Shown here: positions 51,674-64,000 of the stretch, piece by piece
Position numbering within the stretch: the stretch's first letter is position 1
Layout: each line of letters starts with the position of its first letter
Assembly: GCA_036785375.1 (NCBI GenBank)
Contig: JAWMAR010000419.1
Span: 620,001-684,000 of the forward strand
From: Leucoraja ocellata
Lineage: Eukaryota
DNA length: 64,000 nucleotides
Direction: 5' to 3'
Position numbers and translations under genes: made by a program
The notes under the pieces: generated by a model
Database searches by the model: none
What the model was told of the DNA's origin: nothing
The model's input: the letters and a program-made list of their open reading frames with translations, nothing else

Positions 51674-52214
51674 TTACCACCGTTTAGCTTCATCAAGTTA
51701 TCAATGATTTAAACGATTGCATATTTTAAAAAATCCATTATCCATGAAGGCAAAGTAACACCAATATATCGGTAAAATTGGCAATGAATACTCTTATCCT
51801 TGGCTTAATGGATAAGTATAACTGTGTGGTTAAGCAGAAAAATGGACCAGGATGATTTTTGGCGAGTTATTCATATTGAGCCAGGATAAAGGTTACGGGG
51901 AGAAGGCAAGAGAATGGGATTTAGAGGGAAAGATAGATAATCCATGATTGAATGTCATAGCAGACTCGATGGGCCGAATGACCTAATTATTCTCCTACGT
52001 CATGAACGCATGATAATAGAGGTGGTGGGTAGAAAGACTATTATTGTTCATCCACTGTCCAGCAATGCCTGATGCCCACAGACAACATCCACCGTATATC
52101 AAACTTAAAAAGTAAAAAAAACGTTTCTGAAGAGTTTAGAGACACAGCATGAACATTGGCCCATCAAGTCCGCATCGACCAACAATCAGACCGTTCACTA
52201 GTTCTACCCTACAC

Positions 52215-52418
52215 CCAAAGTACAATTTGCAGAAGCAAAATTAACCTACAAACCTGCGCATCTTTGGAATGTGGGAGAAAACCAGAGCCCATAGAAAATC
52301 CACGCGGCCACAGGGAAAACATGCAAAATCAGTGCAGACAGCACTCGTAGTCAGGATCGAACCCAGGTCTCTGGCACTGTAAGGCAGCAACTCTACCGAT
52401 GTGCCACTGTGTCGCCCA
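52215..52418 (-). mobile_element. HE1/V-SINE
   Basis: Reverse complement of the tRNA head and V domain. Confidence 0.75.
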
Positions 52419-53460
52419 GAGGGTGAATATTAAACTATTCCCAGCAAAGTTTTGAGGAAAATAGGGATGCAAGAACAAAAATTGGTGACATTAAAAATTA
52501 AAAACTAAGCAATCTATTAAGTGAACTTTAATGCACGATTCCTTATTTACAAGAAAACTGGCTATGAACTTCTTCGCACTGACATGATCCTATCCCCAAT
52601 GCTTGTATTTTATATTATGCAACTGAGTTTTAATTTAAACCTTTGATCAACAGAAAGCAGAGATTGCTGCAACTTTTTACACCAATTCAAAAATTCTAAA
52701 TAGACACAGTAACCACCCCTTTACAAAAAAAAAAAAAAAAAAGCCTGCTAGGAGCCGTAAATTACTGATGGAAATAATTTTACATCCCATCAACAGATCA
52801 CAGGTGCAACCACACAGAAACTCACCCAACCATGTCTCTCAAAGCTATCTTGCTGGTGTTACTTTGCTTTCATGGCCAATGCATTTCAAGAATAGGATGT
52901 TCGTTGACAGAAGGACAGCATGTTCAACCGGAAACATTCACACAAAATTTGCAGCTGTATTAACGGCAGAGTGCAATTTCTTGCAAATCTAACAGCAACA
53001 CGGGGATTTTCATGCATGAGTGGCGTAAAAATCTCACAGCTTCCGTCAAAGTTCAATGCTCCTCCACGGATCGCGACACTTCACAGTTAACTTCATAACT
53101 CAGGGAAACATCCCAAAAATATCATGCTTTATTGCATAAGTTTTCAAAACTGCAATTAACTACAATTTCTGCCTTCTACTAGGTATCATGCTCCAATCCT
53201 TTGTCGTGGAATTTAGCAACTCAATACTTGGAAGCAGTAGGAAAAGTCTTCACCCATTCCATAAGCTAGCCGCTGGTGCTGTGGGTTTAATTTAAATCTC
53301 TGTGAAAACTATCCCCCAATGTGGACACTGCCTTGATTGTCCACTTTGTACCTTTAAAGGCTTATACTTCCATTTAGCTTTGCCAGGAATAAATGATTGA
53401 ATGAATGAATGTAATAAACCCATTAGATATCCTGTGCACACTTAAAACAACTCAAGTCAA

Positions 53461-53822
53461 CTTAAGGGGTTGGACAGGCTAGATGCAGGAAGATTGCTCC
53501 CGATGTTGGGGAAGTCCAGGACAAGGGGTCACAGCTTAAGGATAAGGGGGAAATCCTTTAAAACCGAGATGAGAAGAACCTTTTTCACACAGAGAGTGGT
53601 GAATCTCTGGAACTCTCTGCCGCAGAGGGTAGTCGAGGCCAGTTCATTGGCTATATTTAAGAGGGAGTTAGATGTGGCCCTTGTGGCTAAGGGGATCAGA
53701 GGGTATGGAGAGAAGGCAGGTACGGGATACTGAGTTGGATGATCAGCCATGATCATATTGAATGGCGGTGCAGGCTCGAAGGGCCGAATGGCCTACTCCT
53801 GCACCTAATTTCTATGTTTCTA
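53461..53822 (+). mobile_element. Young CR1 3' end
   Basis: LDRLDAGRLLPMLGKSRTRGHS..GYGEKAGTGY* and (TTTCTATG)n tail; highly similar to 1814-2287. Confidence 0.92.
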
Positions 53823-55169
53823 AGTCAGAAAAGAAGCTCCCCACACTATGTCAACATTTGCCCTTCAACATGACGATAATCTTTTAGCGTGTAGGAAGGA
53901 ACGGCAGATACTGGTTTACACCAAAGATAGACAAAAAATGCTGGAGTAACTCAGTGGGACAAGCAGCATCTCTGGAGAGAGAGGGAAAGGGTGACTTTTC
54001 AGGTTGAGACCCTTCTTCAGACTTTTAGCAGCAGTAGAATGGAATACCAAATGTCCATATTTTGATAGAGGAAGGAGTGAATGACTTGGGCTAGGACAAA
54101 AAAGATTCAGTCCGTTAAAGGAGTTGTGCATGTTTTGATCGGAGTCACCCTGAGGCTGGTTGATAATGAAGAGAAACAGACATTCTCTTGCAGGCCTTCT
54201 TGTTAGAATCTCTAAACTCCAAGTACATCACGTTTGCCCATGATTTGAACACAAAGACAACAATAAACAGTTAACTACAGCTATGTCTTTAACATTTTGA
54301 GTGTAGACAAGTAACTTTGCAGAACTACACATTTACAATTTGAGAATATTGTAGCTACCAAGATACCTCTGAATAATAATGGACACAAAATTCTGGAGTA
54401 ACTCAGTGGGACAGGCAGCATCTCTGGAGAGAAGAAATGGATGACCTCTGAATACCTTTTCATAATATTTCAAATGGAAGGTCTAAAGGTTTGAGGCCAG
54501 GGAACCTAAATGCCCCCAAATTAGTGTTATGAGGGCTGACCCATGCATATACACAAATACAGCAATTATTGATCAACAGGCCTATGACCATGCTCGATGT
54601 GCCAAATGACAAATAAATCTGGTCTGAAAGCTTCCTTCATCTCCATCAGAATGGTGTGAACGGGTTATGATTATGTCAGTAGACAAACTGCTTACAAAAC
54701 TGACCTTTTAATTTCATACTGAATACTGCTTTCAATGTACAGTCGAACAGATTGTGGGTTGAGAAGGAAACATTACTCTGTACTCCAGAAGAATGGTTAT
54801 AACCAATGAGGACTTTTGACTCCATAGAGTGTCTCCGTGTCATGTAAGTGATCAACTTGCTTGTCATGGGAAAGGGTCCATTATGCATTCTGCCTGAACA
54901 CATCTAGCACAGGATGCCGAGGCTTCTGGAGCACCTGCAAGAACTTCTGAAGCTGTTAGAGGGACAGCACTGTGCTGCTGGACAGGTGGGATGCCAAGAT
55001 CATGGACTTGCACAAGAACACGCAACTGCAGGGATTGCGACAATTAACAAAACATTTCCCCACTGGATATCAAGGGGAGAGTAATTGCCCTTGTGGGCGA
55101 GGCCAGGCTACAATACTTACCCAAATCCCAGGGTGGGTTTACAACTGGGAGATCCACAACCCAGACGAC

Positions 55170-55300
55170 CACCTCAGTGTGGCAGCTGCACGAGAAGTGC
55201 CGAGAGTGAAGACCGTTAGATATTGCCTTTATCAACCTCACCGAGGACGGTGTCAGTAGGAGCGGTTTATTCAAACTGCTGAAAACATACGGCTGTCTGG
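55170..55300 (+). mobile_element. RTE-clade LINE RT remnant
   Basis: QLHEKCRE..IAFINLT..VSRSGLFKLL..GC. Confidence 0.55.
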
Positions 55301-55567
55301 AGCTGCACAGGGTGATCTACAAGGGCTACGCTGGAAATCCTCTCCAAACACAGCGGGGTTACATTGGGTTAAATCAGTGTCCATGCTATTCGGCATATTC
55401 CTCTCATTTCTGCTCTCATGTGTTTCCAGCCCATCCACACAGAGCCTGCCTACACACCGGGCCCAGTGGAAAATAGCTCAACCTTACTCCGGGAGCCCAC
55501 CAAAGGAGAAGCAGGTCCTCATTGGAGAGATGGCCCCCACACATATGATGCTGAAGGTAATCAAAAT

Positions 55568-55939
55568 CAAAGATCCTATAGTGGAGCAAGATAGACCATT
55601 CCTTCTAAATGCAATGGACCGACATGTAGTACGCAACGGAGCGGAACATGGGCCTTTTTTTCATCCATTTCCATAACCCGACCCGCAGTGTAATCAGCGT
55701 TGCGGGGGAACAGTTTGTGTTAATAAATTATAATTCTGAAGACGAGGAGAAGATTTTTCCCAAGTAACTTTTACAAGGATGTTTCCGTAACCGGCTTCCG
55801 TCTCCGCACTATTATCCTATGGGATCTTTGTTGCGGAGACGGAAGCCGGTTACAGAAATGGGGCCGAAAATGACCCATGAATATGCCCATGATCGTCTTT
55901 TTTGTCGAGTGATCTATCTTGCTTGCTATAGGATCTTTG
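55568..55939. mobile_element. MITE with ~27-bp TIRs and an internal hairpin
   Basis: CAAAGATCCTATAGTGGAGCAAGATAGA ... TCTATCTTGCTTGCTATAGGATCTTTG. Confidence 0.75.
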
Positions 55940-56375
55940 GACAAAAGTGCTGGAGAAACTCAGCGGGTGCGGCAGGATCTATGGAGCGAAGGAAATAGGC
56001 AAGATTTCGGGCCGAAGCCCTTCTTCAAACAGCCCGAAATTCTGCCCGAAACATTGCCTATTTCCTTCGTTCCATAGATGCTGCTGCACCCACTGAGTTT
56101 CTCCAGCACTTTTGTATACTTTCGATTTTCCAGCATCTGCAGTTCCTTCTTGAACAGATGATGCTGAACCAGTCTCGCTAATGGACAGATGCTCTCACTC
56201 CTGCAAGGAGCCATCAACATCAAGATAGACACAAAATGCTGGAGTAACAGCAGATCAGGCACATCTCTGGAGAAAAGGAATGGGTGATGTTTCAGGTCAA
56301 GACCCGACCTTTTGGGCCAGATTAGGAGTCTGAAGAAGGGTCTCGACCCAAAACGACACCTATTCCTTTCTGTTA

Positions 56376-56603
<228 letters not shown>

Positions 56604-56884
56604 TCAGTCTACTTTACATTTGGTCAAAATAGTTATCTCAAAGGGAATCACAGTTTTGATGTTTAGAGATCTCATGTTCAACATTTGCTGTGTTAATGGA
56701 CAGCTGCTCTGAGTGAGAATTGTCAGGGTGCAGTTTTCAGCTGTGAGTGGTTGCATTAGCACAAATGGTTCCCAATCCTGATCATTGCAGATAAACTCTT
56801 GTGCAAGAATCAGCTTTAACGTCAAACGGTAAATTGTAGCAATTTTACTTTTTTTTTGTAGTTCAGCGCCGACCAACAATTCCC

Positions 56885-57112
56885 GCACACTAACACTACC
56901 CTACACACACTAGGGACAATTTACACATACACCAAGCCAATTAACCGACAAACTTGTACGTCTTTGGAGTGTGGGAGGAAACTGAAGAACTCGGAGAAAA
57001 CCCACACGGTCACAGGGAGAACCTACAAACTCCATACAGACAGCACCCGTAGACGGGATTGAACCCGGGTCTCTTGCGCTGTAAGGCAGCAACTCACCTG
57101 CTGTGCCACCCG
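56885..57112 (-). mobile_element. HE1/V-SINE
   Basis: Reverse complement of the tRNA head and V domain. Confidence 0.8.
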
Positions 57113-57287
57113 AGCAATAGGAAATAAAACACAAATACATTTAAAGCTTGCTTCCCATGCCAATTGCAAAATGATATACAGAAAACACAATGGTAACAGT
57201 CGAGCCCCAAAGAGGGAGAACAAATTTCAGGCATAAGACTAAAGCATCCTAAGCTATGACATCAAGACTGCAAAGTGCACTACTTAC

Positions 57288-57385
57288 TGTGAAAAGATGT
57301 CATCATGAGAACCTTGACGGCCTTCCTTCAAACCCTCTTCACCATACATATCATACTGTTTCCTCTTCTCTTCATCAGACAAAAC
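57288..57385 (-). CDS. DNAJB11: DNAJB11 exon 3
   Basis: 98 bp, [32 protein letters not shown]. Confidence 0.96.
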
Positions 57386-58179
57386 CTATTCAAGTATAGA
57401 TAACACTGATCAATAGATTGTTTAACATTTAGCCTACATATGCACAGCTAAAGTGGAAACCAAAAAGGAAAATTGTAATTCAGACTCGTCATAAATGAGA
57501 CAGATTCTTTCACATTAAACATCATTTTCAGCACTTCATAAGTCCTCAGAACTGAAAATATTCATCTATGATTAACCATCTAGGTTAATGGAAATTGAAA
57601 CAAAGACCATCCTTCTCCAATTCAAAGCATAGTTTTTTATTTGAATTTGCACTTTCTCAAGAAAAGGTTGCTTTCTAAAACATCCTTTAAGAATGTAAAA
57701 AAAAAAATCAAACCAATAAAAAAAGGTAAACTTAAAAAAAAATAAAAAATGCTGGCATGACTTCTATACAATCCTGTTCTCCTCTCAGGCACATGATGTG
57801 ATTCATTTTGTAGATGTTCTGATACCAAAGGTGTAATTAAAGGTGCAATGCAAACACAAATGCATTTTTACAAACAAAACACAAAATGCGGGAGTAACTC
57901 AGCGAGTTAGGCAGCATCCGTTGGGGGAAAGGGCAGGCAACATTTTGGGTCGAGACCCTTGTTCAGGCCAATTGAAGGGTCCCAACCCAAATTCTCACCC
58001 GCCCATTCCCTCCGCAGATGCTGCCTGACCCACTGAGTTATTCCAACACTCAAGTGCTTTGCTCAAGGTTCCAGCATCTGCAGTTCCTTGTGTGTCTGCT
58101 TTTTATACAGGCAGGTACCTTCAAAGATTGTCCTGTAGAATAATTAATTCATTGTATAGTATTGGTACTTGTGTGTCAT

Positions 58180-58495
58180 TGTTGGGGGAGTCCAGAACCA
58201 GGGGCCACAGTTTAAGAATAAGGAGTAAGCCATTTAGAATGGAGACGAGCAAATATTTTTTCTCACAGAGAGTTGTGAGTCTGTGGAATTCTCTGCCTCA
58301 GAGGGCAGTAGAGGCAGGTTCTCTGGATGCTTTCAAGAGAGAGCTAGATAGGGCTCTTAAAAATAGTGGAGTCAGGGGATATGGGGAGAAGGCAGGAACG
58401 GGGTACTGATTTGGGATGATCAGCCATGATCACATTGAATGGTGGTGCTGGCTCGAAGGGCCAAATGGCCAACTGCTGCACCTATTGTCTATTGT
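58180..58495 (+). mobile_element. CR1 3' end
   Basis: LGESRTRGHSLR..GYGEKAGTGY* and (CTATTGT)n tail. Confidence 0.88.
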
Positions 58496-59058
58496 ATGCA
58501 TACTAACATCCAACATTTTTCTCATGCGTGAACTATTGTCTATTGATCGACACAAAATGCTGGAGTAACTCAGCAGGTGAGGCAGCATCTCGGGAGAGAA
58601 TGAATGGGCGACATTTTGGGTCGAGACCCTTTTGAAGAACCAGCATCTGCAGTTCTTTCTTACGTCTATTGTCTAATACTTAGGCTGAGCTTCCTGACAT
58701 TAACTCTCACCCCACTCTCATTGGAAAAGTTTGTTTGAAAACTAAAAACAGCTGAACATGGTACAGCTCGGGCATCATTATTAAAAAAAAAAGAATGTTT
58801 GTCATCATTTCCTCAGAACTAGATATCAGAATTTAAATTTGAAATGACAAGAATAGGTTAAAAAATGGCCACAGAAAATGAGGATATTCAAAAGCAATTG
58901 TTTGCAGAACATTAAAGTAATTGAATACTACTGGGAGACAAGTAAATAGGCATAACAATACAAAAAGCATTTTTTTTAAAATGAGGAACATGAACTATTT
59001 AGTAGGGGGGGGGGGGGGGGGGGATTAGTGTCAGGTGGAGTCATCTACAGGACCCCAA

Positions 59059-59227
59059 NNNNNNNNNNNNNNNNNNNNNNNNNNNNNNNNNNNNNNNNNN
59101 NNNNNNNNNNNNNNNNNNNNNNNNNNNNNNNNNNNNNNNNNNNNNNNNNNNNNNNNNNNNNNNNNNNNNNNNNNNNNNNNNNNNNNNNNNNNNNNNNNNN
59201 NNNNNNNNNNNNNNNNNNNNNNNNNNN
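59059..59227. other. Assembly gap in DNAJB11 intron 2
   Basis: Run of N. Confidence 0.97.
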
Positions 59228-60533
59228 AACTATCAAATTGCTTCTACATCTCAATCTTAGAAATCCAGTCCCTCTCTCAAATACAATTCCATGTCGCCAG
59301 AACAGAAACTACACCTAGTTAATATTGACTTGACGATTATTAGACCTTGATGCCAAAGGGTTGCAAAATGCTTCGAGAACAATGAGTTGTTAATTAATTT
59401 CACATGGTTCAAATGAAGTGAAGTGCCGACAAAGAGAGGGACAGAGACTTGAAAATGACAAGTAGCGGTTTTAGCCGTTACCGAATGTGTTCAGAGTTAC
59501 TAATGCAGGAGATCCCACAATAGGCAATGTAGAATTACCAATGGAAAGGTATTGGCTTGAAATCTTGGCTGTTTACCAGTCTCGGGCATTTTATATTGCT
59601 ATATCATATTTCACTTTTGAATGCAGATTTATATTAAACAAGGATTTGGGGATAGTTCAAGGTCACTATATACACACACACACACAAGTTCGTTCCTCAC
59701 CAACCTAAATAGAGCTCATGCAAAACTGCTTTTTCCATGAGAGTAGTGTTCTGGATCCTGAGCAGGTGGTGAAGTTGTAAATGTTGCCTCGCACAAGCTT
59801 GCCCGAAGGTAGTGGGCCATGTTGCTTTATTTAGTCAAACACGTACACAGAAGCCTTTGGAGGCCAGGTCAATGGATATTTTTAAAGCAGAGATAAATAG
59901 ATTCTTGATTAGTACAGGTATCAGGAGTTATGTGGAGAAGGCAGGAGACTGGGGTTGAGAGGGAGAGATGGATCAGCCATGATTGAATGGCAGAGTAGAC
60001 TTGATGGGCCGAATGGCCTAATTCTGCTTCTATCACTTATGTACAGGAACTGTAAACCATTTTTTGAACTACGATAAGTTAGCTTGAAATACGGACCTGG
60101 TCTACAGAATGCTCATTAAGAAAGGTAGTAGTACTTAAAAGAGATTGTTTCAAGTAAGAAGCTTACATTTATTCAAACGTTAAGGCACCATTATTAGTTT
60201 GGACAACTACAAAGAGGTGATTAAAACAGTATGAACACTGGAAGTAGCTCACATCAGCTGCTCATTCTGTTGGTTTAAATTATAGTGAGCGCCCTTTCAC
60301 CTCCTCACCAGTAGCCAATGAACACCAGCCACACATTCTCCCGACTTGTCATCATCACAATTCAGAACTAAAAAAAAAGTGACTCGAAGACTTCACATGG
60401 AAACGGCGAGAATACACCTTCAGTCAAATTTAACCCCGAACACAGCTTTTACACACACTCACTGCCCTTTCTGCGCCCCCCCCCTCCCACCCCAAAAAAC
60501 CCCGACATATACTCTCCACGCCGAGCTCCATAC

Positions 60534-60690
60534 CTCATAAGCAGCCCCCAAATCATGGAACTTGTCCTGCGCCGCCGGATCGTCCGGGTTTCTATCGGGG
60601 TGCAGCTGTAAGGCCAGTTTGCGATAAGCCTTCTTGACATCCTTCACCGAGGCGCTCTTAGAAACCCCCAGAATCTTGTAGAAATCCCGC
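60534..60690 (-). CDS. DNAJB11: DNAJB11 exon 2 (J domain, HPD)
   Basis: 157 bp, [52 protein letters not shown]. Confidence 0.97.
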
Positions 60691-60998
60691 CTGTCTCTCA
60701 CAAAAAAGGACACAAATTGCACACACGAGTAAAATAACACAACAGCCCATTCCTTTGCTGGATTGATGAGACACACTGTAATCCATGTAATGTTTTTTAC
60801 TGATACAAAAGACTAAGTAATAAGTGGACAGACAGGGGCCGACGGTGCCTGTTGCCATTGAGAGAAGGTGGAAGGTGTAGCAATCCCGGGTGAGAATGTA
60901 TCAACGTTCTAATGCCATTGAGAGAAGGTGGGAGCTGTAACAATCCCGGGTGAGAAATGTAGCAATGTTCTCCCCGGCCGGGACCCTCACTCACTCAC

Positions 60999-61063
60999 CC
61001 GGACAGCACCTCTCCGCTCAGGCACATCAACACCACGCAGACCGAGCGCAGGCCCACCGCCAT
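60999..61063 (-). CDS. DNAJB11: DNAJB11 exon 1 (signal peptide)
   Basis: 65 bp, MAVGLRSVCVVLMCLSGEVLSG, GTGAGT donor in phase with exon 2; the ten exons total 1074 nt = 357 aa plus stop. Confidence 0.9.
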
Positions 61064-61260
61064 GCTGCCCTCTTTCCCCCTCCGTCCTTCCTCCCTTCCT
61101 CCGCTGCACAAGTTGCTCGTTGCGAGCGGCAACTACCGGCAGAAGGACGTCAACAGCATCACCGCTTCCTCATGGCGGACGCCCTCACTATGGGAGGAGC
61201 CCAGAGCCGACGCCAATTTGCAAACGAGTGTTATGTGCCCGTTAACTCTTCTGGTGCGTG
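61064..61260 (-). promoter_or_regulatory. DNAJB11 5' UTR and CpG-rich promoter
   Basis: CpG-rich; TGACGTC (minus strand) near 61147-61153 and CCAAT at 61213-61217. Confidence 0.55.
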
Positions 61261-62224
61261 ATTTCAATAACCCAAAACACGCAGGGAGAATAATACTGGA
61301 TCATTTCACTTTGGGTCGTCAAATGTATGTTTCTTTAAACAAGCGATAACAAGTTGAATCACAATAAGTTTAATTCAACTATCCAAAATATAACGCGTTC
61401 AGTATATGAGGAGAATCCAAATGAGATTATTTATGACCTTGTATAAATATGTGGTTAATATTTTACCCTTTATCACTTTTAATCCTGTAACATGTCGCTC
61501 TATTTCTGGAAAATTGAAAATACTACCAAAAAATAAAACTTTGAAGGAAGTCAAATAAATTGAAGATTCAGACATGATGAATAATCAAGTTTATGATTAT
61601 TATTCTGGAAAAGAATGAGTGTAGGCATGATGGAGTGAATATTCGTGCTTTCTGGAGATGGTCACCTGCTTATTACAGTTATATTACTTAACTTTTATTG
61701 TCACACTGGGTATTTGCTATTGTCACATTATGGAATTATCACACCATTATTTCCCCCCAAATCCAATGGCTTTGCTATCCTTTTCACCTTGTTAACCATG
61801 TTTTTGTTAATTTCACCATGCTAACTACTTATTTGTCCTTGTCCTTCATCATTTCTGTTTGTTATCTTATTGCAACATTATGAAGTATCTTGGAAGATTA
61901 TGTAATTTTTTGACGCACAATATAAATTATGTTTATTTGATTCATAAAAGCAATTTTGGTTGTGACGTTAAGTGGACATTAAAGTAAGATTTGATTTATA
62001 AACAAAATTATCATTTTGCTTTTACCCACATTTGTGCGGTGGGTGGTTCAGTTGTCGTGATGAGAAAGTATGATTGCGTCAGAAAAAAAGACTGAAATTA
62101 TTTAGGCAGTTTGTAAACATTTCCAAAAAGGTGTTTTGGTTTTGAGTTGTGAGCCCTTAACAGTACATTGATATATGTACACATTTCCAGAATTTAAGCT
62201 ATTAAGTTAACATTTTAAAGTTTA

Positions 62225-62695
62225 TATAACAGAGCATGGCATAGGGACAGGTCCTTCGGCCCACAATATCTGCTTCGACCATGATGCCAAATTAGAATTA
62301 TATCTGCCTGCCTGTGGTCTATACCTCTCCCTTCTCTGCCTTTTCATGTGGCTGTACAAATGCCTTTTAAATATTGCTATCAATTTTGCTTCTACCATAT
62401 CCTCTAGCAGCACGCTCCAGGCACCTATCACTCTCTGTAAAAAAACATTCCTCGTAAATCCCCTTTAAACTTCTCCCCTCTCTTCTTAAAGCTATGCCAT
62501 TCTGCATTTGATATTTCCAACCTTTGATAAATACTCTGGCTATCCATCCTGTCTATGCTTCTCATAATTTTATATACTTCTGTCAGGTCACCCCTCAACC
62601 ACTGACCTTCTAGAGAAAACAAACTAAATGTGTCCAAACTCTCCTTTTAGCTACTACCCTCGTCTAATCCAAGCAACATCCTGATGAACCTCTTC
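62225..62695 (-). mobile_element. Old CR1 3' fragment
   Basis: LFSLE..LRGDLTEVYKIM. Confidence 0.75.
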
Positions 62696-63627
62696 AGGGT
62701 GCAAGGCAACCAAATTCAAGTGCAGTTTCTTGCCACTTCAAGCAGGGTGCAAGGCCATCAAATTCAGGTGCAGTTTCATACCATTTCAAGCAGGGTGCAA
62801 GGCCACTAAAGACAGCGAGTCGTGACCTCTCCATCTTGCAGAGACCGAGCCATGTCCACACTTCTGGGTTTTATAGTCCCTCCCCCTCCCACCAGAAGGG
62901 GCATGGCCTTCATGGCATGATTGACAGGAGAGAAAATCTCAACATTTTTTAAACACTAATAACTCTTTTATTTTTCATCGATGGGAAAAATCCTTGGCAC
63001 TTATTGAGAGGAGGGGAACTCCAATTAAGATGGCCAAACATCTCAGCCGTACATGGTAGCGTTTTTACTAAAATTAATGCAAAGAGCAAACAGGAAGTGG
63101 TCAAGATTAGACGTAGAAACATAGAAACATAGAAAATAGGTGCAGGAGTAGGCCATTCGGCCCTTCAAGCCTGCACCACCATTCAATATGATCATGGCTG
63201 ATCATCCAACTCAGTATCCTGTACCTGCCTTCTCTCCATACCCCCTGATCCCTTTAGCCACAAGGGCCACATATAACTCCCTCTTAAATATAGCCAATGA
63301 ACTGGCCTCAACTACCTTCTGTGGCAGAGAATTCCAGAGAATTACCACTCTCTGTGTGAAAAATGTTTTCCTCACTATCGGTCCTAAAATATTTCCCCCT
63401 TATCCTTAAACTGTGACCCCTTGTTCTGGACTTCCCCAACAATCTTGGGAACAATCTTGCTGCATCTAGTCTGTCCAACCCCTTAAGAATTTTGTAAGTT
63501 TCTATAAGATCCCCCCTCAATCTTCTAAATTCTAGCGAGTCCAAGCCGAGTCTATCCAGTCTTTCTTCATATGAAAGTCCTGACATCCCAGGAATCAGTC
63601 TGGTATTAGACTTTGAATCATATAGAG
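62695..63627 (-). mobile_element. Helitron-like non-autonomous element split by a young CR1 (63113-63605)
   Basis: Minus strand starts TCTATATGATTCAAAGTCTAAT|CTTGACC, homologous to 43440ff; ATTAGAC duplicated around the CR1. Confidence 0.65.
63113..63605 (-). mobile_element. Young CR1 3' end
   Basis: TRLIPGMSGLSYEERLDRLGL.., (TTTCTATG)n tail, TSD ATTAGAC. Confidence 0.92.
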
Positions 63628-64000
63628 GGCAAGGCAACTTTAATTAGGCAAGGCAACTTTAATTAGGTAAGGCAACTTTATTTAGTACAAGATACAAGAT
63701 AGATTTAATTGTCACGTGTGCCAGATGGCACAGTGAAATTAATTCCCATACAGCCATACAATAAAAAATAAACAGGACTCAACACACTATAGAATTCAAC
63801 ACAAAACATCCCCACACAGCAGAACCAAAGTTTCCCACTGTGTGGGAAGGCACCAAAGTCAGTCTTCTCCCTCCACTGTTCCCCATGGTCAGGGTCTCCC
63901 CAAGCCCTCCGCAGTTGCAGCTACGGGCGGCCCGATGACCAGGACCGCTCGCTGGGATGACACCAGTCCGACGTCGGGGCTGCGGGACGTCCTCAGCGGC

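Noticed and set aside
59028-59322. ORFs spanning the N run
   Set aside because: Gap artefact
61064-61400. Canonical ERSE (CCAAT-N9-CCACG) and a divergent TBCCD1 exon
   Set aside because: Only an isolated CCAAT and a CRE-like motif were seen; no exact ERSE or recognisable coding exon
63628-63686. GGCAAGGCAACTTTAATTA x3
   Set aside because: Short simple tandem repeat at a TE boundary; no evidence of function

Overview
Eukaryotic (vertebrate) genomic DNA. The repeat content (CR1 with (TTTCTATG)n tails, HE1/V-SINEs, Penelope, Hero, Rex1) suggests a cartilaginous fish such as a skate or ray; this is inference. Two spliced genes lie on the minus strand: a complete 10-exon DNAJB11/ERdj3 (61063->39704, 357 aa, one GC-AG intron) and the first five coding exons of a PSTAIRE CDK2/CDK3-type kinase (30696->11288, with the remaining exons beyond the left edge). 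The rest is nested mobile DNA: two tail-to-tail DIRS1-type tyrosine-recombinase retrotransposons, non-autonomous Helitron-like elements, a rearranged Gypsy provirus inside a mini-Hero element, Penelope elements and many pLTR-derived repeats with a minimal hammerhead-ribozyme core, CR1/Rex1/L1/RTE fragments, SINEs, Tc1 and MITEs. The most unusual signals are (i) a Gypsy copy whose PBS extends to a 50-nt copy of tRNA-Leu(CAA), followed by an inverted internal segment, (ii) a decayed DIRS copy with perfectly matched termini/ICR and a reconstructable AAT crossover site, (iii) dispersed hammerhead-bearing pLTR repeats and (iv) a CDK2/3 paralog in unexpected synteny. All coordinates were counted by eye; TE boundaries are approximate unless a TSD or terminus is quoted.
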